In this document: positions 8,678 through 16,394 of the stretch, one piece after another
How positions within the stretch are numbered: the stretch's first letter is position 1
How the letters are laid out: each line of letters opens with the position of its first letter
From: a candidate division WOR-3 bacterium
GTDB taxonomy: Bacteria > Hydrothermota > Tepidihabitantia > Tepidihabitantales > JAOUPE01
Assembly: GCA_039801565.1 (NCBI GenBank)
Contig: JBDRUX010000047.1
Location: forward strand, 1 to 17,865
DNA: 17,865 nucleotides
Direction of reading: 5' to 3'
Program-made: the position numbers and the translations under genes
Notes under the pieces: generated by a model
Databases searched by the model: none
Told to the model about the DNA's origin: nothing
What the model saw: the letters and a program-made list of their open reading frames with translations, nothing else

Positions 8678-9988
8678 TTATTGTCTTTCGTCAATTCTTA
8701 ATCGGTTTAAATAACTTTTTAACTTTTCCATCTTTTTCCGTTGATTGGAGCTTAAGACCGGAAAGATGGTATTGTTATGAAGTAGCGGGTCATCATTTAA
8801 AGAAATGCCACTCGTTTCAAAATCAATAGTTCCCGGAATCGGCGAATATTCCGCCAGATGCACATAGCTTCCTAAACTGTGAACAAAGTCAATACTAGCG
8901 CGAATTGATTCATAGGTATCGTATTTTGTTCCAATCAAGAGATAGGTATGGATTTGGTCATTTTGAAACCCAGCCGATTTTAAAAACTCCACGGCTCGGA
9001 CAAATTCATTATTTGTCACTTTGCCACCCGTCGCTTTTTGGGTTTTAGGGTCAACGGTTTCTAAGCTAAGATAAAGAGTTTTAAAGCCAGCTTCGAACAT
9101 CTTATAAGCAATTTCTTGGTCAAGGAACCGAGGGTGTAGACCATTCGGTGTGTGATACGATAAGATAAGCCTTCTTTGAATTATTCCATCCAAGATTTGT
9201 GAGAAATTAGGATTGGCTAAAAGCGCATCGTCGTAAAAAGCAATATGATTTATCCCCAAGCCCTTATAATATTCAATCTCATCTAATACCGCACTTGGCT
9301 CGCGAAAGACAAAACCATTGCAAAGTTTTGGTACTGCACAATAACTGCACTTGAATGGACAGCCCCGAGCGGTCAGAACACAGGCGTAATCCAATTTTGA
9401 ATACAAATCGAAAGCCGGAAATGGCAGTTCTTCGAAGCGCAATGGTTTTAATTTAGTAAATAAAGAAAACAGGGTTGCTTCGGCAAAACCGGGGATGACA
9501 ATATCGGCTCCGGAATAACGACGGGCATGGTCAGCAAGAAGCGTCGCATAAATCCCACCTAATATTACCGGCACATTCGAGAAATGTTCTTTTATCGTCT
9601 TAATTGTGTCGGCAACACCTAAATACCAATAGGTCATCATCGAAGTAACCAGGATAGCATCGGGCGGGGCGGTATTGTCTAAGATTTCGTGCAGAACCGC
9701 TTTAGGCATACCATAGCGTTTAAAGATTCTTTTCACCTTTTTATATATTTCGGGTTTTTCAATCTCTTCAGCATAGAATTTACCCCGGCCGAATTTGTCA
9801 ACCTTGGGTAAATTCTCTACTTCCCTTAATAAAACCGGATGATAACGGTCTAAGCAATCAATCAGTTCCACTTCATAACCACTGGCACGCAGCATTGAAG
9901 CGACATAGAGTAATCCCATTGGTTTCATCCAAAAATCGAATGCCTTGAAGTCGTAAATCCAGGGATTGACTAAAAGTAACTTTTTCAT
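8678..9988 (-). CDS. Cobalamin-binding-domain radical SAM protein (class B-like, function unknown)
   Basis: TARGCPFKCSYC (CxxxCxxC); N-terminal B12-binding-type region (PMGLLYVASML, VILGGIYATL); FYDDALL. Confidence 0.9.
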   Translation of the reverse strand: MKKLLLVNPWIYDFKAFDFWMKPMGLLYVASMLRASGYEVELIDCLDRYHPVLLREVENLPKVDKFGRGKFYAEEIEKPEIYKKVKRIFKRYGMPKAVLHEILDNTAPPDAILVTSMMTYWYLGVADTIKTIKEHFSNVPVILGGIYATLLADHARRYSGADIVIPGFAEATLFSLFTKLKPLRFEELPFPAFDLYSKLDYACVLTARGCPFKCSYCAVPKLCNGFVFREPSAVLDEIEYYKGLGINHIAFYDDALLANPNFSQILDGIIQRRLILSYHTPNGLHPRFLDQEIAYKMFEAGFKTLYLSLETVDPKTQKATGGKVTNNEFVRAVEFLKSAGFQNDQIHTYLLIGTKYDTYESIRASIDFVHSLGSYVHLAEYSPIPGTIDFETSGISLNDDPLLHNNTIFPVLSSNQRKKMEKLKSYLNRLRIDERQ

Positions 9989-10875
9989 TTATAAGAGTCG
10001 GCACCGGAACGGGGATGGGCAGAATCGTATATCTTCTTTAACCTCTCAATTGAGATATGAGTGTAAATTTGGGTAGTGGCAAGTGAGGAATGTCCTAATA
10101 ATTCTTGAACTGCCCGTAAATCGGCACCTCTTTCTAATAGGTGGGTAGCAAAAGAATGTCTTAAGATATGAGGATTGGTTCCGGAAACTTCGCTCACCTT
10201 CCAGAGTTCGGCTTTAACGATATTTTGAACCGACCGAGTAGTGAGCCGTTTGCCCCACCGATTCAAAAAAACCGCTGGGTTTGCTTTATCCTTTCTTTTC
10301 TCAAGATAGTCTTGTAGTGCCTTTTTCGCATAACTACCCAAAGGAACAATTCGTTCTTTATTTCCTTTACCCATCACTCGAATTATCTCGTTATTAAAAT
10401 CGATACTGGCGATATCTAAGCCAACTAACTCTGAGGCACGCAGTCCAGCGCCATAGAGTGTTTCCATAATCGCTCGATTGCGTAAACTAAATTCATCGTC
10501 AGCCGTTATTCGCATTGCCTTTTGGGCTTGATACTGAGACAGAAAACCGGGCAGTTTTTTTTCGATTTTAGGTGTTTTCACATCGCGTGCTGGGTTAAAG
10601 TTGGTTAATTTTTCCAAGACCAAAAATTTGAAAAATGACTTGATTGTCGAAAGTTTCCGAGCTGCGGAACGGCGATCATAGCCGTAGCGCATTATAAAAC
10701 CTAAAAAGTCCCGAATGTCTTCACGCTGAATTGTTTTTAAATCCTTACCTCCTAAACGGTCGGAAATAAAATCAAAGAATTGTTCTAAATCAACTCGATA
10801 GGAGCGAATCGTATGTTGGGAAAAATGCTTTTCTTGAGTAAGATACTCAAGGAACTTCTCAGCTGCCCAATTCAC
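9985..10875 (-). CDS. xerC: Tyrosine recombinase XerC
   Basis: LYGAGLRASEL, VMGKGNKERIVP, HILRHSFATHLLERGADLRAVQELLGHSSLATTQIYTH, YDSAHPR. GTG start; TGA overlaps the next ATG. XerC versus XerD is not fully certain. Confidence 0.88.
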   Translation of the reverse strand: MNWAAEKFLEYLTQEKHFSQHTIRSYRVDLEQFFDFISDRLGGKDLKTIQREDIRDFLGFIMRYGYDRRSAARKLSTIKSFFKFLVLEKLTNFNPARDVKTPKIEKKLPGFLSQYQAQKAMRITADDEFSLRNRAIMETLYGAGLRASELVGLDIASIDFNNEIIRVMGKGNKERIVPLGSYAKKALQDYLEKRKDKANPAVFLNRWGKRLTTRSVQNIVKAELWKVSEVSGTNPHILRHSFATHLLERGADLRAVQELLGHSSLATTQIYTHISIERLKKIYDSAHPRSGADSYK

Positions 10876-10882
10876 TTATACT

Positions 10883-10911
10883 ATGATACAAAAATTCTCA
10901 CCCAACGTCAA
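10883..10911 (-). promoter_or_regulatory. Sigma70 promoter of xerC, probably giving a leaderless mRNA
   Basis: TTGACG (10911-10906), 17 nt, TATCAT (10888-10883), 7 nt, then GTG; no SD. Confidence 0.65.
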
Positions 10912-11055
10912 GTTAATCATTTGCTCTAAGTTTATGATGATACCCGCAATTAGAAAAGATTCCCAAAACCAAATTAAATATAACATATCATCATCAATTA
11001 TCAAAAAGAAAGAAAAATAGCTAATTAAGACTCGGAAATGGTTCAGGGCCATTAA

Positions 11056-11083
11056 TTGACAATGGAAATATTTTATTTAAAGT
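11056..11083 (+). promoter_or_regulatory. Sigma70 promoter of the YVTN protein gene, probably giving a leaderless mRNA
   Basis: TTGACA (11056-11061), 16 nt, TAAAGT (11078-11083), ATG at 11090; no SD. Confidence 0.55.
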
Positions 11084-11089
11084 ATAGTA

Positions 11090-13501
11090 ATGAAAAAGAG
11101 ATTAATATCATTCATTTTTGGCTGGAAAATATTCACTTTGTTGATTACGAATTCATTCGGGCAATGGTTAGAGACAACAATTTACCTGCCCGACTCTTTG
11201 GCAGGTATGGTGAATCCCCAAGCACTTGCTTATAACAATCTCGATGACAAAATCTATGTCGGTGGTAAAGAGGGTAATTGCGTCATTGTGATTTCTGGAC
11301 AATCTGATACCAAGATCGCTAAGATTCCGGCTGGTGAAGATATTAAAGCCCTTTGCTTCAATTCAGCCAACAACAAGCTGTATACAGCGAATTACTCTGA
11401 CCAGTCAATAACGGTAATTGATGGAGCAAGAGATTCAGTGCTGACAACGATTCCACTTAATGACTGTCCTTTCGCTCTGGTCTGTAATCCAATCAACAAT
11501 AAAATCTATTGCACCAATTACTATGGAGGTAGGGTTACGGTAATTTCCGGATTGACCAACCAAGTGATTAGAACTCTCACTGTCGGTGATTACCCATGCG
11601 CCTTGGTCTATAATCCGACCGATAACAAAGTCTATTGCGCTAACCACTATAGCAACAGTCTGACTGTAATTTCCGGAATCACCGACTCAGTTCTAACCAC
11701 AATTCCAGTCGGTGAACAGCCGCGAGCATTGGCTTATAATTCGACGAATAATAAAATCTATTGTGCCAATTATTATAATAACAATGTGACGATAATTTCG
11801 GGAACAACCGATTCAATAATTACCACAGTCGTAACTGGCAATCGTCCTTTTCTTTTAGCTTATAATTCGAATAATAATAAAATCTATGTTGCTAACGAAG
11901 CAAGTAATAATCTCACCGTGATTGATGGTGCCACCAACTTGGTGTTAGCGACAATTTCTTTAGCCAATACTCCCAGTGCTTTAACTTATAATCCAACCAA
12001 CAATAAAATCTATTGTGCCACTAATGGTAATAATCTGAAGGTAATTGACGGCACTACTAATCAGGTGATTGCGACTATTCCAGTTGGCAATAATCCGCAA
12101 GCCTTAATCTATAATGACACGGACAACAAGCTTTATTCCGCTAATAAAACCAGTCATAATGTAACGGTGTTAAATTGTACAAGCGACTCAGTAATTACCA
12201 TTCAGGTTGGTGATATGCCAAATGGTTTATGCTACAATTTGACCGACAATAAGGTATATTGCACTAACCAATACGGTAATAATGTAACCTTATTTTCTGG
12301 TGCAACGAACTCAATAATTACTACGATTGCGGTTGGTACAAATCCTACGGTGTTAACTTATAATCAAACCAACGATAAACTATATGTTGCGAATGAAGGA
12401 GGTAATGATGTGACAATAATCGATGGAACGAGCAATCAGGTGATCACCACCAAGATTGTTGGCGAGTATCCAAGGGCACTTTTATGGAATCCGACCAGCA
12501 ATAAAATCTATTGTGCTGCCTATCAAACCATTACCATAATTGACGGCGTTACTAACTCAATAATTAAATCAATTTCTGATTTTGGCTGGCCTTATGCCTT
12601 AGTTTGGAATTCAACCAACAATAAGGTTTACTGTGCAACTTTTAGCAGTTGTTTTCTTGTCGTCATTGATGGTCTTACTGATTCAGTGATTGCCCGAGTG
12701 TCGGTTGGGCTCCACCCTTGTGCTTTAACCTACGATTCGCTCAATAACAAAATCTACTGTGCCAATTACTTTACTAATGATGTGATGGTGATTTCGGGTG
12801 AAACGGACTCGGTGCTTAAAACAATCCCGGTGGGCAACCGACCGTGTGCGCTATGTTGGAATTCGGCTAATAACAAAGTTTATTGTGCCAGCGAATATGA
12901 TGATACAGTATGGGTGATTGATTGTGAAACTGATTCGGCAATCCAAAGAGTTTCGGTTGGGCTTAGTCCAATTGCCTTAACTTATATCCCTACCCACAAT
13001 CGAATCTACTGTGCCAATTTAGGTAGCAATAATGTGACGGTGATTGACGGTGGCCAAGATACCATATTAGCAACCATTCCGGTTGGTAAAAAACCAATCG
13101 CTTTCACTTATAACCCACAACAAAATCGAATCTATGTCGCTAATTCTTTCAGTTCGAATATTTCAATAATTAGAGATGAGTTGAGTACAATTAGCGAAAA
13201 TCACTTAATGCCAAATGTTGCCTGCTCAACACTAACCATCTACCCGAATCCAGCAGGGTCATTTCTTGCCATCCGTATACCGCTGTCCGCTCGAAGGCTT
13301 AATTCGAGCACCCGTTCCGTGCCCAATGCCCAAAGCTCTGTGCTAAAAATCTTCGATGTTTTAGGAAAATTAGTAAGAGAGATTCCCTTCTCCGAATCGG
13401 GTCACAATGATGAGATAAAAATATCTCTTGTCGGAATAACTAATGGTGTTTACTTCTTAAGGTTAGGGAAAAAGACTGCAAAACTTTTGGTCATTAAGTA
13501 A
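11090..13501 (+). CDS. Secreted YVTN/YncE-type beta-propeller repeat protein with a T9SS/Por-like C-terminal domain
   Basis: Signal peptide; 16 repeats of about 42 aa (P.AL.YN.TNNKIYCAN..SN.VTVIDG.T..VI.TI.VG); tail LTIYPNPA...LKIFDVLGKLVR...GVYFLRL...KLLVIK. Confidence 0.88.
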   Translation: MKKRLISFIFGWKIFTLLITNSFGQWLETTIYLPDSLAGMVNPQALAYNNLDDKIYVGGKEGNCVIVISGQSDTKIAKIPAGEDIKALCFNSANNKLYTANYSDQSITVIDGARDSVLTTIPLNDCPFALVCNPINNKIYCTNYYGGRVTVISGLTNQVIRTLTVGDYPCALVYNPTDNKVYCANHYSNSLTVISGITDSVLTTIPVGEQPRALAYNSTNNKIYCANYYNNNVTIISGTTDSIITTVVTGNRPFLLAYNSNNNKIYVANEASNNLTVIDGATNLVLATISLANTPSALTYNPTNNKIYCATNGNNLKVIDGTTNQVIATIPVGNNPQALIYNDTDNKLYSANKTSHNVTVLNCTSDSVITIQVGDMPNGLCYNLTDNKVYCTNQYGNNVTLFSGATNSIITTIAVGTNPTVLTYNQTNDKLYVANEGGNDVTIIDGTSNQVITTKIVGEYPRALLWNPTSNKIYCAAYQTITIIDGVTNSIIKSISDFGWPYALVWNSTNNKVYCATFSSCFLVVIDGLTDSVIARVSVGLHPCALTYDSLNNKIYCANYFTNDVMVISGETDSVLKTIPVGNRPCALCWNSANNKVYCASEYDDTVWVIDCETDSAIQRVSVGLSPIALTYIPTHNRIYCANLGSNNVTVIDGGQDTILATIPVGKKPIAFTYNPQQNRIYVANSFSSNISIIRDELSTISENHLMPNVACSTLTIYPNPAGSFLAIRIPLSARRLNSSTRSVPNAQSSVLKIFDVLGKLVREIPFSESGHNDEIKISLVGITNGVYFLRLGKKTAKLLVIK

Positions 13502-13558
13502 AGTTATACTTTACTCTCAACCTATTTTTATTATTCAAAGTGCACACCAACAAAATCC

Positions 13559-13584
13559 TGTAACTTTTTAGCGGTTTTATCGTC
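13559..13584 (+). promoter_or_regulatory. ECF-sigma-type promoter
   Basis: TGTAAC (13559-13564), 16 nt starting with a T-tract, CGTC (13581-13584); resembles SigW/SigX/SigM-type consensus. Confidence 0.5.
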
Positions 13585-13665
13585 TTATATATTGCAATGA
13601 AGAAGAATATGCCATTTAACCAAAACATTTACCACAAAAGATTAGCCAAGGGCAGAATAAGATTA

Positions 13666-13750
13666 AAGAAACACGGGGGTGCGGAATTACGAACGGGACC
13701 ATTTAGATTTTGGGAATCGTCCCAAAATTCTGCACCCCTCGTGATTTCTT
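13666..13750 (+). repeat. Long imperfect palindrome (REP/MITE-like, possibly a terminator)
   Basis: CACGGGGGTGCGGAATT (13672-13688) pairs with AATTCTGCACCCCTCGTG (13726-13743) with one bulge and one G-U; extended by AAGAAA/TTTCTT; inner hairpin TTTTGGGA-ATCG-TCCCAAAA; T-rich tract follows. Confidence 0.65.
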
Positions 13751-13837
13751 ATTTTTTGGTCCAATGAATTCTAGCTCCATAAATTCAAGTAATTCTATCA
13801 TCGGAAGTTATAAATCGGGTCACTTATTACTTTCTTC

Positions 13838-13865
13838 TTGACAAACACCTTAAAATTGGTATATT
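13838..13865 (+). promoter_or_regulatory. Sigma70 promoter with extended -10, upstream of the structured RNA
   Basis: TTGACA (13838-13843), 16 nt ending TGG, TATATT (13860-13865). Confidence 0.7.
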
Positions 13866-13871
13866 TATTTA

Positions 13872-14009
13872 ACGGTTACAGAAATTTGTCGCCGCGGGAA
13901 ACACAGCCCAACCGACGAAGCCCTCATATCGTTGGTTCTCATCTTAGCCCTCGGTTGCTGCTCTCAGCAGCAGCTCCTACCCCTTGCTTGTTTCCCGTGG
14001 CATTTTTTT
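13872..14009 (+). ncRNA. Candidate sRNA or cis-regulatory RNA with a three-way junction and terminal U-tract
   Basis: P1 13891-13903/13989-14001, P2 13910-13918/13929-13937, P3 13954-13962/13966-13974. Each helix has a G-U pair only on the + strand. T7 at 14003-14009; promoter directly upstream. Confidence 0.6.
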
Positions 14010-14061
14010 GTTGATTTATTCAATTAGAAAAGTTATAATTTAAATAAAGAAAGGAGTAAAG

Positions 14062-16050
14062 ATGAACTTCCTTTTATTTATTAGCTTACTGACTGGTATT
14101 ATACAACCAAAAACCAGTCTTTTAGAGGTCCCAATTGAGACCCAAAACTTGAATATCCTAAAAAGTGCGGACTTCGTGCCAGTGGCACTTATGGATAATA
14201 TGGTAATCGTTGAAGCCTTGCCAACCGGAATCAATCGTCTTGAGCGAGCTGGAGTTAGTTACAAAACACTTTTAGAACCCGAATCTTTTAGACAGGCTAA
14301 AGATAACCGTTCCTTCTATTTTGTCTTCCCGCCATTTCGAAAGAAATCAGAAGACGCCAAGCGTTTCTTAGAAGCGAATGGTCAGATTCTTAGTGAAGGT
14401 GAGAATTGTTACTTGTATTTAACGACTCAAGAGTTTGCCCAAACTCTGCCTCAATTACGCTATGAAATAACTTACATCTCATTAAAACCGATTGTCCTGC
14501 CTGAAATTGCTGGTAGTGATTTTTTGCCAAAAGAACCAACAAAACTCGAATATAATCGGGTTATAGATAATATAATCTCTCAGATTACACCGACTGAGTT
14601 AGCCCAGTTATTAAGAGAACTTTCCGGTGAAGTGCCGGTTGTGGTCTGGGGCAATTTGGATACAATTCGCACCCGTTATGCCACCGCACCAAGAAACTCG
14701 GTGGCGATAAAATACTGGTATGAGAAACTTTTAGCCTTTAGCGGTTTGGATTCAGTCACTTTTCATCCTTTCATTTGGGAATCGAATCGCTGTGACAGTA
14801 ATATCATCGCGACTAAGTTAGGAACAACTTATCCCAACCAATATTATATCATTGGTGGTCATATTGACAACACCTCGGAAATTCCCAATACCTATGCACC
14901 CGGTGCTGATGATAATGGCACCGGTTCAGTCGCGATGCTCATCGCCGCAAAGTATCTTCATTCCATTCCTTTTAAATATACGATTCGTTTCATCGCTTGG
15001 AATGCCGAAGAGTTTGGCCTTTATGGTAGCGAAGCCCACGCCCGAGAAGCCCATAACCGCGGCGACAGTATCTTAGGCGTCCTTGACGGTGATATGATTG
15101 GCACTGAAACTATAAATCGTGATTCCTTAGAAATCTATACTGGCTCAAGACCCGGCTCACGGGCATTAGGCGACACCTTTTACAGTGTCAATGCCACTTA
15201 CGGGCTTGGGCTTCATATTAGACGCAGTACCCAGATGCCGCAATACTCTGACCATTACCCTTATTATGCCCAAGGGTATAATTCTAATTGCATTATTGAA
15301 GCTGATTTCTGTCCCTATTATCACACAACCCAAGACCGTATTACTGCCAGTAGTTTTGATACCATCTTCTTCACTAAAGTCGTTAAAGGAATGGTAGCCA
15401 CCTTAGCCACTTTAGCTCAACCCGATACGCTCTATAAAGATGTTGCGGTTCTCGAGATTGTCCAACCGGTTGGCACGATTGATTCTAATACCGTAGTTGT
15501 TCCACAGGCTAAGGTGAAGAACTATGGCTTCAATTCCGAAACCTTCTCGGTTACATTCCGAATTGGCGATTTTTATAATGAGATCCGAAGCAAGACTTTA
15601 AATCCGGGTCAGATTGATACGGTCAACTTCCCGGCTTGGCTTGCCACCCAGATTGGCACTCATACCACCAAATGCACTACGCAATTAGTTGGTGATATGA
15701 AACAGAGTAACAATTATCTTATAAATTCAGTAACTGTTGCACCAGTTGGAATTGCGGAAAATTCCGAGCCACCAGTTCATTTCGAGGACAGTAAGCCCAA
15801 TCCATTCCTGAACCAGACCATAATTCATTACTCTTTACCGAACCAAGCCAAGGTCAGTTTAGAGATTTACAATGTGGTCGGGAACTTAGTTCGGACCTTT
15901 AAAAAAGAAGAAGTTAGTAAGCCTGGGACATATTCAATCATTTGGGATGGCAGTGATGATAATGGCAATAAGGTTCCGAAAGGGATTTACTTCTATCGTC
16001 TAAGTGTGGGCGAAAAGAAAGCGATTAAGAAAATTATAAAATTGGATTAG
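14062..16050 (+). CDS. Secreted M28-family metallopeptidase with a CARDB-like Ig domain and FlgD-Ig/T9SS-like C-terminal domain
   Basis: IIGGHID, APGADDNGTG, WNAEEFGLYGS, DGDMIG, YSDH, YYHTTQD; tail PNPF...SLEIYNVVGNLVR...WDGSDDNGNKVPKGIYFYRL; SD AAGGAG. Confidence 0.9.
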   Translation: MNFLLFISLLTGIIQPKTSLLEVPIETQNLNILKSADFVPVALMDNMVIVEALPTGINRLERAGVSYKTLLEPESFRQAKDNRSFYFVFPPFRKKSEDAKRFLEANGQILSEGENCYLYLTTQEFAQTLPQLRYEITYISLKPIVLPEIAGSDFLPKEPTKLEYNRVIDNIISQITPTELAQLLRELSGEVPVVVWGNLDTIRTRYATAPRNSVAIKYWYEKLLAFSGLDSVTFHPFIWESNRCDSNIIATKLGTTYPNQYYIIGGHIDNTSEIPNTYAPGADDNGTGSVAMLIAAKYLHSIPFKYTIRFIAWNAEEFGLYGSEAHAREAHNRGDSILGVLDGDMIGTETINRDSLEIYTGSRPGSRALGDTFYSVNATYGLGLHIRRSTQMPQYSDHYPYYAQGYNSNCIIEADFCPYYHTTQDRITASSFDTIFFTKVVKGMVATLATLAQPDTLYKDVAVLEIVQPVGTIDSNTVVVPQAKVKNYGFNSETFSVTFRIGDFYNEIRSKTLNPGQIDTVNFPAWLATQIGTHTTKCTTQLVGDMKQSNNYLINSVTVAPVGIAENSEPPVHFEDSKPNPFLNQTIIHYSLPNQAKVSLEIYNVVGNLVRTFKKEEVSKPGTYSIIWDGSDDNGNKVPKGIYFYRLSVGEKKAIKKIIKLD

Positions 16051-16288
16051 TCTTGGTTATTATTATAGCAAGCGGGTTTTTATAATGTGAAATTAATTTC
16101 CGACATCACATCCAGAAAAAGACTGAAATTATAAACCTGGCCACGAAAATATTTCTTTCATAAACTTTCAAGCTGAAGAAGCGATTAAGGACGCTATCAT
16201 TTTCTTAGGAGCGGTCTTAGGTTTGAGTCAAAATCCGTTTACTGTAGCTCTTGGGGTGGCATAATATGTCTCAAGTAGTCAAGAATTG

Positions 16289-16316
16289 TTGACAAAGTGG
16301 CTTAAATGATTATAAT
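16289..16316 (+). promoter_or_regulatory. Consensus sigma70 promoter of the R-M operon
   Basis: TTGACA (16289-16294), 16 nt, TATAAT (16311-16316). Inverted repeat GTCAA-N6-TTGAC overlaps the -35. Confidence 0.75.
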
Positions 16317-16323
16317 ACCAAAA

Positions 16324-16392
16324 ATGGCAAACGCAAGAATTCCACGTATATTGGAACAAAACCAGTTTGCTTTATTGATGTTTTTAAAATAA
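16324..16392 (+). CDS. Possible 22-aa leaderless leader peptide upstream of the endonuclease
   Basis: MANARIPRILEQNQFALLMFLK*. ATG lies 8 nt after the -10 box; the stop is 2 nt before the endonuclease ATG. Confidence 0.3.
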   Translation: MANARIPRILEQNQFALLMFLK

Positions 16393-16394
16393 CG

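Noticed and set aside
10876..11089. dif site or integron/prophage att site near the recombinase
   Set aside because: No 28-bp dif-like sequence found by eye; the protein looks like housekeeping Xer, lacks an IntI insertion, and has no phage genes or attC array nearby.
11200..13170. Periodic ~126-bp DNA repeats as CRISPR or DGR repeats
   Set aside because: They are degenerate codon-level repeats of propeller blades; no identical repeats with spacers, cas genes or reverse transcriptase.
16165..16264. Hydrophobic reading frame (EEAIKDAIIFLGAVLGLSQNPFTVALGVA*)
   Set aside because: No start codon and too short to assign; may be a gene relic but cannot be supported.
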